Assembly (NCBI GenBank): GCA_034927285.1
Contig: JAYFQF010000016.1
Coordinates: 36,314-100,313 of the forward strand
Source of the DNA: Peptococcaceae bacterium
Lineage (GTDB): Bacteria; Bacillota; Peptococcia; DRI-13; UBA5745
Direction: 5' to 3'
DNA length: 64,000 bases
Under the pieces are notes generated by a model, which was not told where the DNA came from, searched no databases, and worked only from the letters and a program-made list of their open reading frames with translations. The position numbers and the translations under genes were made by a program. Positions 56,810 to 64,000 of this stretch are shown piece after piece; within the stretch, counting starts at the first letter, position 1, and the number at the start of each line of letters is the position of its first letter.

Positions 56810-56826
56810 ATTCACAACCTCCGTGC

Positions 56827-57267
56827 CTATTTCTCCAGGTCCATCAGCTTGTCCAGCCGTTTTTGATGCCGGCCGCCCTCAAACTCCGCCGTCAGCCAGG
56901 CGTCCAGGATCTCCAGGGCCAGGCCGGGGCCGACGACCCTTTGGCCCAGGGCCAGGATATTTGCGTCGTTATGCATCCGGCTCAGCTTGGCGGAATACAC
57001 ATCGCCGCAAAGAGCCGCCCGGATTCCCTTGATCTTGTTGGCGGCAATGCTGATGCCGATGCCGGTGCCGCATACGATAATGCCCTTGTCGGCCTGGCCC
57101 TGGACTACTTTCCGGGCCACCGCCGCGCCGTAATCGGGATAGTCCACGGAAGTCTCGTCAAAGCAGCCGCAGTCTTCCAGCTCGTAGCCGCCCTTGGCCG
57201 CCAGGTGCTTTTTGATCTGCTCTTTTAACGCAAAGCCTCCGTGGTCGGCCCCCAACGCGATTTTCAT
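56827..57267 (-). CDS. rpiB: ribose-5-phosphate isomerase B
   Basis: MKIALGADHGGFALKE. AAAGGAG RBS. Confidence 0.9.
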   Translation of the reverse strand: MKIALGADHGGFALKEQIKKHLAAKGGYELEDCGCFDETSVDYPDYGAAVARKVVQGQADKGIIVCGTGIGISIAANKIKGIRAALCGDVYSAKLSRMHNDANILALGQRVVGPGLALEILDAWLTAEFEGGRHQKRLDKLMDLEK

Positions 57268-57302
57268 GGCTTTCACTCCTTTGATCATTTGTGATAACTT
57301 GG

Positions 57303-57344
57303 CTCGATTATGCCGATGTAATTCGCTATGCTCATTTTACCATA
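57303..57344 (-). promoter_or_regulatory. promoter-like module TGGTAAAAT-GAGCATA-GCGAATTAC upstream of rpiB
   Basis: Hexamer at 57334-57339 and GCGAAT at 57321-57326 (complement). Confidence 0.55.
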
Positions 57345-57353
57345 AAACTGTGA

Positions 57354-58670
57354 TTAATCCAGGAGCAGGAGCCGGTTTCCAGCGGCTTTTTTCAGCCGGT
57401 TCATCACCGCCGCGCCCTGGCCGGCCATATTAACGCCTTCCACAAAAATCTGCCGGGCTTTTTCCGTGTCGCAGGCCCGTAAGGCGTCATAGAGCCGGGC
57501 GGCCATCTCCCGGGGCCGGTTACGGCTGCCCATGTCCCGGCAGTACCACCCCTGTCCGGCAAAGGGACCGTCCCCGGATTCCCGCTGCTTCAGCAGCCGC
57601 CAGGTTTCTTCGCAGAGCAAAAGAGCGGTCCTGGACTTTTCTCCCTCCAGGGCCTGGGCAGGCAGGATCCGGTTAAGAACATATGCGGCCACAGCCGCCG
57701 GTTCGCCTAAAAGGACCGTTACCGGCGCCTTGGGGGCATAATGGCGGTATTTCATACCGGGGGCCTTGGGGCCCTTAGCCTGACCGTCTTTTATACCGGA
57801 CTCCGCCGAAATTGCCGCGGACTCGGTTTGCCGGTCCGGTTCCCCCAGGGGCTCCGGAGCATCAACCGGCTTTACCGGCCCTGTCGGCTGCTGTAATCCT
57901 GCTGCCCACAGGTCTGCCCACTTTGCCGGCTGCGGCGGCCCTTCTTTCGACAGTTCCGCCTGCTCTGCCGGCGAAGGGGCCATGCCCTCCAGAGGCCCCA
58001 ATATCTGAGCCAGGGTTTCCGCCGTGATATCGCCGGGCCGCAGCAGGGCCGGCGGTTCCACGGACAGGTCGATAATGGTGGACTCCAGACCCACCTTGCA
58101 GGGGCCGCCGTCCAAAATCACGTCGATACGCCCCCCCAGATCCTCCAGGACATGGCCGGCGGCAGTAGGACTGGGCCGGCCGCTTAAATTGGCGCTGGGG
58201 GCGGCGACAGGCACGCCGGCCGCCTCGATCAGGGCCTGGGCCACCGCATCCGCCGGGAAACGGATGGCTACCGTATCCAGGCCGGCGGTTACTTGCCTGG
58301 GCACGCAATCCGCCGCCGGCACAATCATCGTCAACGGGCCGGGCCATAGCTTATTGGCGGCCCGCTGCGCCTTTTCCGGCCATTCCCTGGCCAGGGCCTT
58401 AGCCTCTTCCAGAGAGGCCACATGCAGGATCAGCGGATTATCGGAAGGGCGCCCCTTGGCGGCATAAATCCGGGCGCAGGCCTGGCCGTCCAGACCGTTG
58501 GCCCCCAACCCGTATACCGTCTCCGTAGGAAATGCCACCAGGCCGCCTTCCCTCAGGATACGGCCCGCTTCCCTGATCCTGGGATCCCCGGGAGCTTTGA
58601 TCCGCCAAACCTGGGTCCTTTTATTTTTTTCCAGTCTGGATTCGCCCAGTGCAAATCCCTGCTCTGCCAT
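57354..58670 (-). CDS. tsaC: L-threonylcarbamoyladenylate synthase (YwlC/Sua5 type)
   Basis: TETVYGLGANGLD...KGRPSDNPLILHV plus a C-terminal Sua5 domain. Expanded linker at 57771-57989. Confidence 0.85.
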   Translation of the reverse strand: MAEQGFALGESRLEKNKRTQVWRIKAPGDPRIREAGRILREGGLVAFPTETVYGLGANGLDGQACARIYAAKGRPSDNPLILHVASLEEAKALAREWPEKAQRAANKLWPGPLTMIVPAADCVPRQVTAGLDTVAIRFPADAVAQALIEAAGVPVAAPSANLSGRPSPTAAGHVLEDLGGRIDVILDGGPCKVGLESTIIDLSVEPPALLRPGDITAETLAQILGPLEGMAPSPAEQAELSKEGPPQPAKWADLWAAGLQQPTGPVKPVDAPEPLGEPDRQTESAAISAESGIKDGQAKGPKAPGMKYRHYAPKAPVTVLLGEPAAVAAYVLNRILPAQALEGEKSRTALLLCEETWRLLKQRESGDGPFAGQGWYCRDMGSRNRPREMAARLYDALRACDTEKARQIFVEGVNMAGQGAAVMNRLKKAAGNRLLLLD

Positions 58671-58716
58671 TTCCTCACCCGCTTTTCTGCTTGCTTAGCC
58701 GGGCCGCCGGCCTTCC

Positions 58717-59820
58717 TTACCGCTTTTGGCCCAGCACTACCCGGTCGCGGCCGCCGCCGTCCGTTAAAATCGTTACGCCGGAAAAGCCCTGCCGCCGGAA
58801 AAGTTCTGCTACCGCCGGACCCTGAAGCCAGCCGATCTCCACCAAAAGCCAGCCGCCTGCCGTAAGGCGGGGCCAGGCTCCGGGCACGATCAGCCGGTAG
58901 CAATCCAGCCCGTCTTCTCCGCCCCAAAGGGCCAGGCGGGGTTCCGCCAGGACTTCCTCCGGCAGTTCCGCCATTTCACCCGTAGTGATATATGGGGGGT
59001 TGGACAGGATCAGGTCGAAGCCCTCTCCGTCCGCCACCGGCTCATACCAGGAACCTTGCCGCAGTTCAATACGCTGCGCTACGCCAAGGCGGCGAAAATT
59101 TTCCGCCGCCAGAGCCAAGGCTTCCGGCGCCAGATCCACGGCTACGCCGGTAAAGCCTTGCCTTATGGCCGCCAGGCTGCCGATAACGGCGCCGCTGCCC
59201 ACCCCCAGCTCCAGCACCCGCCGGGGCCGCGGGTCCCCGGGCCCTTCTTGTGGAGATTCCGTTCCTTGGGTTTCCTTTTCTTCAGATTCCTTTTCTTCAG
59301 ATTCCTTTTCTTCGGATTGGTTTCCTTCGGATTGGTTTCCTTCGGGAAGAGCTTTTCTCCCCCGGGCCCATGCAGGCTTCGATGCTTTTCTTTCTTCTGC
59401 CGCGGCCTTTAATTTTTCTTCCGTAACCTTTAATTTTTCTGCGGAGTCCGGCAAGGCCGCTTCCTCCTCCGGCAGCCGCTCCAGGGCCGCCCGCACCAGG
59501 ACCTCCGTATCCCGGCGGGGGATCAGCACTCCCGGCCGGGTCAGGAACTCCCGCTCCAGAAAAAACTCGCTGCCCAGGATATACTGCATAGGTTCTCCTG
59601 CCCGCCGCCGGGCAACCCCCTCCTGAAATGCTTTATCACAGTCTTTGGTTAAAACCCGGTCCAAAGACAGCAAAAAGTCCAGGCCTGTTCTCCCCATAAA
59701 AAAGGAAAGAAGCGCCCGGGCTTCCCCTGTGGCAGCTTCTTTATCTTTATCCTGATTGGTCAGTTCCCCGACAGCCCAGACCAAGGCCCGGCGTCCGGTG
59801 GGAGACAGCTGCTCTGCCAT
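58717..59820 (-). CDS. prmC: release factor glutamine N5-methyltransferase
   Basis: NPPY motif (LSNPPYI) and LELGVGSGA. About 80-aa insert at 59224-59472. Confidence 0.85.
   Translation of the reverse strand: MAEQLSPTGRRALVWAVGELTNQDKDKEAATGEARALLSFFMGRTGLDFLLSLDRVLTKDCDKAFQEGVARRRAGEPMQYILGSEFFLEREFLTRPGVLIPRRDTEVLVRAALERLPEEEAALPDSAEKLKVTEEKLKAAAEERKASKPAWARGRKALPEGNQSEGNQSEEKESEEKESEEKETQGTESPQEGPGDPRPRRVLELGVGSGAVIGSLAAIRQGFTGVAVDLAPEALALAAENFRRLGVAQRIELRQGSWYEPVADGEGFDLILSNPPYITTGEMAELPEEVLAEPRLALWGGEDGLDCYRLIVPGAWPRLTAGGWLLVEIGWLQGPAVAELFRRQGFSGVTILTDGGGRDRVVLGQKR
59272..59346. repeat. 15-bp in-frame tandem repeats (3x TTCCTTTTCTTCRGA, 2x TTGGTTTCCTTCGGR)
   Basis: Units at 59272, 59287, 59302, 59317 and 59332. 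They encode EEKES x3 and EGNQS x2. Confidence 0.9.
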
Positions 59821-59853
59821 CGCTTCCTCCTTTTTCGTATGTAGTCCAAAGCC

Positions 59854-60927
59854 CTATTCCCGGGATTGTTTCAACTGCTGGGCCTGATCGTAATTAATCA
59901 AGGCCTCGATAAATTCCTCCAGCTCTCCCTGCAGCACGGCCTCCAGCTTATAACTGGTAAGGCCGATACGGTGATCCGTCACCCGGCCCTGGGGAAAATT
60001 ATAGGTCCGTATCCGCTCACTGCGGTCGCCGGAGCCCACCATACTTTTCCGGGTGCTGCTCATGCTGTCGGCTTGCTCCTCCACGGCTTTTTCCATCAGC
60101 CGGGAGCGCAAAACCTTCATGGCCTTTTCCTTATTTTTGATCTGGGATTTCTCATCCTGGCAGGACACCACCAGCCCCGTGGGGATATGGGTCAGCCGGA
60201 TGGCGGATTTCGTGGTGTTTACCGATTGTCCTCCGGGGCCGGAGGAGCAAAAAATGTCCACCCGGACGTCGGCGGGATTAATCTCGATATCCACTTCCTC
60301 GGCTTCCGGCAGCACTGCCACCGTAGCTGCGGAGGTATGGATGCGGCCGCCGGATTCGGTTTCCGGCACCCGCTGGACCCGGTGGACGCCGGATTCATAT
60401 TTCAAGCGGCTGTAGGCTCCTTTTCCTTCGATCAAAAGGACGACTTCCTTTACGCCGCCGATATCGGTAATATTCGAAGACATGATTTCCATCTTCCAGC
60501 CCTGCTTTTCGGCATAGCGGGTATACATCCGCATCAGGTCGCCGGCAAACAGAGCCGCTTCCTCGCCGCCGGTGCCGCCCCGGATCTCCAGCAGGACGTT
60601 TTTCTCATCGTTGGGGTCCTTGGGTAAAAGCAGGATCTGCAGCTGGGAGGTCAGGGCTTCCTTCTTTTCCTCCAGGTCGCCGATATCTGCCTTCACCAGT
60701 TCTTCCATTTCGTGGTCCAGCCCGCCTGCCTCCAGCATTTCCTTGTTGTCGGCCAACTGCTGTTCCACGTCCTTATACTGCTGAAAAGTTTCTACCGTTT
60801 CCTGCATGGCGGCATGTTTTTTGGTGCATTGCCGCCAGGTAGCCTGATCCTCGATAACTTTAGGATCACTGAGCTGAGCCGTGAGCCGGGCATAGACTTC
60901 TTCCATTTTTCTCAGTCGTTCAATCAT
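59854..60927 (-). CDS. prfA: peptide chain release factor 1
   Basis: GGQ motif ([10 protein letters not shown]) and [26 protein letters not shown]. Confidence 0.95.
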   Translation of the reverse strand: MIERLRKMEEVYARLTAQLSDPKVIEDQATWRQCTKKHAAMQETVETFQQYKDVEQQLADNKEMLEAGGLDHEMEELVKADIGDLEEKKEALTSQLQILLLPKDPNDEKNVLLEIRGGTGGEEAALFAGDLMRMYTRYAEKQGWKMEIMSSNITDIGGVKEVVLLIEGKGAYSRLKYESGVHRVQRVPETESGGRIHTSAATVAVLPEAEEVDIEINPADVRVDIFCSSGPGGQSVNTTKSAIRLTHIPTGLVVSCQDEKSQIKNKEKAMKVLRSRLMEKAVEEQADSMSSTRKSMVGSGDRSERIRTYNFPQGRVTDHRIGLTSYKLEAVLQGELEEFIEALINYDQAQQLKQSRE

Positions 60928-61991
60928 GCGATTTCTTCCTCTTCCTTTGGCGTATCAACCGGATGATCAAAAGCCTCGCCATCCGGCGCCTTACCACCCG
61001 GAGCCTTGTCGTGCGGCGCCTCTTCTTTCGCCCCGGTTCCGGCGGACGCAGCAGCCTCCCCGGCGGTCTCCCTGCTCCCTTCCCCTTGAAGCGGAACAGG
61101 CTCTTCAGCCAGTTCCCCGTCGGCCTTCAGCACGCTTTTCAGCGCGGCAATGGCCACCTCCAGCTGGCTGTCGTCCGGCTCCTGAGTGGTCAGCCGCTGT
61201 AATTGCATACCGGGCCAGCTGATGGCCGCCACCAAAGGATGGTCCAGATGATTCCCGGCCAGGCGGATCACCTCATAGGCAATGCCGGCAATCACCGGCA
61301 GCAAAATCACCCGGGACAAAAGCCGCTGAATCATGCTCATCTCCGGCAGGACGGAATAAACCAGGATGCTGATTACCATGACGAACAGCAAAAAGCTGGT
61401 GCCGCAGCGGGGATGGAACCGGCTCATTTCCCGTGCTGCCGCGGCTGCCAGGGGTTTGCCGGATTCATAATTAAAAATAGTTTTATGCTCGGCTCCATGG
61501 TACTGAAAAACCCGCTGCACATCCTTCACCCGGGAAATTAAAAACATATAGGTAAGGAAGATCAGTATCCGCACCAGGCCTTCCATGACGTTTTGCATGC
61601 CGTGGCCCGGGACCCAGGTTTTAATGGCCTGAGCCAAAAAAGCCGGCAGCAAAAAGAAGAGCCCGACGCCTAAAGCCAAAGACAGCGCCACCGTGCCGGT
61701 GATCTCCATGGGGGAAAGGGTCTCTTCTTCCTCACCCTCGTCCAGGGCCTGATTTGCCGAGAAGACCAGGGTTTTCACGCCGATGGTCAAAGAGCTGACC
61801 AGGTTTACCGTCCCCCGGATAAAAGGCCATTTTAAAAACTTGGGCAGGCGGGGGTTGGACTTGATCTCCGTTTCCTCCACCATAATGCCGCCGTCCGGTT
61901 TCCGGATGGCCACCGCCATGGTTTTTTGGCCCCGCATCATCACGCCTTCAATGACCGCCTGGCCGCCGTAACAAAATTTTGGTTTGCTCAT
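60924..61991 (-). CDS. DUF1385 domain protein
   Basis: [14 protein letters not shown] and YHGAEHK. Start at MSKPKF. Low-complexity C-terminal tail. Confidence 0.8.
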   Translation of the reverse strand: MSKPKFCYGGQAVIEGVMMRGQKTMAVAIRKPDGGIMVEETEIKSNPRLPKFLKWPFIRGTVNLVSSLTIGVKTLVFSANQALDEGEEEETLSPMEITGTVALSLALGVGLFFLLPAFLAQAIKTWVPGHGMQNVMEGLVRILIFLTYMFLISRVKDVQRVFQYHGAEHKTIFNYESGKPLAAAAAREMSRFHPRCGTSFLLFVMVISILVYSVLPEMSMIQRLLSRVILLPVIAGIAYEVIRLAGNHLDHPLVAAISWPGMQLQRLTTQEPDDSQLEVAIAALKSVLKADGELAEEPVPLQGEGSRETAGEAAASAGTGAKEEAPHDKAPGGKAPDGEAFDHPVDTPKEEEEIA

Positions 61992-62079
61992 GTCTTCTCC
62001 TTCAGCCCGCCGGCTTATCTTTCTTGCCGCCGCAGGCATGCGGAACGACGTATCTTATCGGTGCAGAACAGTTTGAGAT

Positions 62080-62108
62080 AAAAAGTAAGCAGAGCCTGTG
62101 GGCTCTGC
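62080..62108 (-). terminator. terminator after rpmE
   Basis: GCAGAGCC-caca-GGCTCTGC on the minus strand, followed by a T-rich run. Confidence 0.65.
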
Positions 62109-62130
62109 TGGCTTCTTCGGTCTTAACAGT

Positions 62131-62331
62131 CTATTCAAGTCCGTACTTGCTCTTGAACCGTTCAACCCGGCCCGTTGTATATACAGTCCGCTGTTTAACT
62201 GTATAGAAGGGATGACACTGAGAACAAATTTCCACCTTCAGCTCAGGCTTGGTCGAGCCGGTTTGAAAAGTGTTGCCGCAGGCACAGGTTACGGTGGCGG
62301 TGTAATACTTGGGATGAATTCCATCTTTCAT
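62131..62331 (-). CDS. rpmE: 50S ribosomal protein L31
   Basis: [10 protein letters not shown]...CACGNTF...CSQCHPFYT. The track ORF N-terminus is trimmed. Confidence 0.95.
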   Translation of the reverse strand: MKDGIHPKYYTATVTCACGNTFQTGSTKPELKVEICSQCHPFYTVKQRTVYTTGRVERFKSKYGLE

Positions 62332-62382
62332 GTCTCTTTCACCTCTTTCCAAGGGGTCCGCCGACCCACACTTCAGGGAATT

Positions 62383-62411
62383 ATTATAACACGCGAAAAT
62401 CTTTAATGCAA
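62383..62411 (-). promoter_or_regulatory. promoter TTGCAT-17-TATAAT for rpmE
   Basis: Complement hexamers at 62406-62411 and 62383-62388. Confidence 0.55.
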
Positions 62412-62454
62412 GCCGTTTTTCGACAAACAAATTACCAAAAATCCAGGCTCCGGA

Positions 62455-63222
62455 CTACTTTGCCGCCGCGCCGCCGGCGGCCTCCTCTTCCTGCTTTTGC
62501 CGCCGTTTGCTGGTCAAAATCATGCCCAGTCCCACCAAAGCCGCGGTAGCGGTAATGCCCGCCAGCACCCACTTGGCGATGCCGGCTCCTTTATTTGGAT
62601 TTTCAAACACCGCGGTAAACCGCAGGGAATCCATGATTCCCTGCATCGTATCGGTCATTTCCTGGGATATGGGGCCGGTATAGGACTGAAGGGTAATATT
62701 AATCGCCTGTCCGTTAAAAATCGTATAGTACTGCCGGCCATAGATGGTGTTGCCCCCCGCCTCCTGGCGCAGGTCCAAAACCATAAATTTGCCTTTATCC
62801 TTCTCTTCGATCCGGTAACTGTCGTAGAGGAAGTTCTTTCCCTGGGCCGCCTTGCCCTCCAGCAAAAGCTCCGCCATCTCCTTCAGCTTCCGGTCCCCCA
62901 GAGTATTGAAATCGAAAATTTCCTGGCTGCCTTCATATTCCATCATGGTGACGATGACTTCATAGATGGGATTCAGGCTCATGGCATTCATGTAAACGTC
63001 TTTTTCCGTAAAATCCTTCCGCAATTCCTCCGGCGTCATCCCCATGGCCATCAGGGCGATGTCGTCTTCCGCCATGTGCCGGGTAAAAATCAGCATCCCT
63101 TCCGGGATTTCCAGAGTGAGATTCAATTCCGGCAATTCATAAAGTTTATTCTCTGCCAGCGCCGGCGCCGCCCCCACGTTCAGCAGCAACGCAGTCAGCA
63201 GCAGCAGCAACATTTTTTTCAT
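62455..63222 (-). CDS. hypothetical exported protein with C-terminal TM anchor
   Basis: Signal peptide MKKMLLLLLTALLLNVGAAPALA. C-terminal helix then KRRQKQEEE. No family recognised. Confidence 0.6.
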   Translation of the reverse strand: MKKMLLLLLTALLLNVGAAPALAENKLYELPELNLTLEIPEGMLIFTRHMAEDDIALMAMGMTPEELRKDFTEKDVYMNAMSLNPIYEVIVTMMEYEGSQEIFDFNTLGDRKLKEMAELLLEGKAAQGKNFLYDSYRIEEKDKGKFMVLDLRQEAGGNTIYGRQYYTIFNGQAINITLQSYTGPISQEMTDTMQGIMDSLRFTAVFENPNKGAGIAKWVLAGITATAALVGLGMILTSKRRQKQEEEAAGGAAAK

Positions 63223-63403
63223 TGCCCCAGCCTCTTTTCCCACGATTCGCGAATACTTCTTATTATTTTACCATAAGGGAACAGGATGGTCACCTTATTT
63301 TTATCTTCCGCTAAAGGCACTTCCTTTTGCCATAATTCCTTCCGCCACTTACATTCCGGTGGCACTACGGCAGGAACAAAGGCAAAGCCTGCCGGCCAAA
63401 AGC

Positions 63404-64000
63404 CTATTTAACCGTATTGGTCAGGCAGCCGATCCCTTCGATTTCGCATTCCACCACATCGCCGGGCTTCAGAAAGCGGGGCGGCACAAAGCCCATGCCC
63501 ACTCCCGCCGGGGTCCCCATGGCGATGACCGTGCCGCTTTTCAGAGTCATGGCCTGAGACAGCTCGCTGATCACATGATCCACACCGAAAATCATCATGC
63601 CGGTATCGCTTTCCTGACGGGTTTCGCCGTTGACCCGGGAGGTGATCTTCAATAGCGGCGGCCGCCGGAACTCGTCGGCGGTAACGATCCAGGGCCCCAT
63701 AGGGCAGAACGTGTCCAGGCTTTTGCCGAAAAACCACTGCTTATGCCTGGTCTGCACATTTCTGGCGCTGACGTCGTTTATAATGGTATAGCCAAAGACA
63801 TGATCCCAGGCTTTTTCCGGGCTGACTTTTCTGGCTTCCCTGCCGATTACCGCCGCCAGCTCCACCTCATAGTCCAGGCTGTCCACCACGCCGGGGTGGC
63901 TGTCGATAAACCCGCCGCAGCCCACCGCCCGGTCCACCCGTTTGGCAAAATAGACGGCCTGTTCTCCCGCTTCGAAAGAACCTTTTTTAAAACGGGCGGA
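63404..64000 (-). CDS. fumarylacetoacetate hydrolase (FAH) family protein, N-terminus beyond window
   Basis: GTPAGVG...PGDVVECEIEGIGCLTNTV. The reading frame stays open to position 64000. Confidence 0.8.
   Translation of the reverse strand, partial: SARFKKGSFEAGEQAVYFAKRVDRAVGCGGFIDSHPGVVDSLDYEVELAAVIGREARKVSPEKAWDHVFGYTIINDVSARNVQTRHKQWFFGKSLDTFCPMGPWIVTADEFRRPPLLKITSRVNGETRQESDTGMMIFGVDHVISELSQAMTLKSGTVIAMGTPAGVGMGFVPPRFLKPGDVVECEIEGIGCLTNTVK

Overview
High-G+C chromosomal window from a spore-forming Firmicute, probably a Clostridia-type organism, inferred from spoIID, spoIIID and the Bacillus/Clostridium-like order rpmE-prfA-prmC-tsaC-rpiB-ywlG-glyA ... murA-spoIID-spoIIID. I call about 55 protein genes. 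I saw no rRNA, tRNA, CRISPR array, transposase, integrase or phage genes. Main blocks: (1) left edge: an AAA_21-type ATPase, a TagA-like glycosyltransferase, a SWIM zinc-finger protein and a 3-methyladenine glycosylase; (2) cell-envelope and housekeeping genes (LCP, upp, MBL hydrolase, mutM); (3) a translationally coupled operon of radical SAM, FecCD permease, ATPase and binding protein, followed by DUF364, divergent from iscR-nifS-nifU; (4) fur, rmuC, an M29 aminopeptidase, a D,D-carboxypeptidase and an SSS symporter; (5) spoIIID, spoIID, murA; (6) a complete nine-gene Enterococcus-hirae-type V-ATPase operon; (7) a visibly lower-G+C three-gene island (Cys/Met PLP enzyme, AGCS symporter, LysR); (8) the conserved wecB ... 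rpmE housekeeping run. No clear novel protein system such as a defence island stands out. The most unusual content is noncoding. Two long gene-free stretches (6.0-7.2 kb and 26.6-27.7 kb) carry diverged inverted copies of a double-hairpin element, chained promoter-like ~101-bp modules and several tandem-repeat arrays. There is also a candidate type I toxin-antitoxin locus and several helically phased T-tract arrays upstream of promoters. On the protein side, the radical SAM enzyme has a non-canonical CX5CX2C motif, and many otherwise ordinary enzymes carry low-complexity G/A/P/E/R-rich insertions or tails, several built from 15-bp in-frame tandem repeats. All calls come from reading the sequence and ORF translations; no searches were run.
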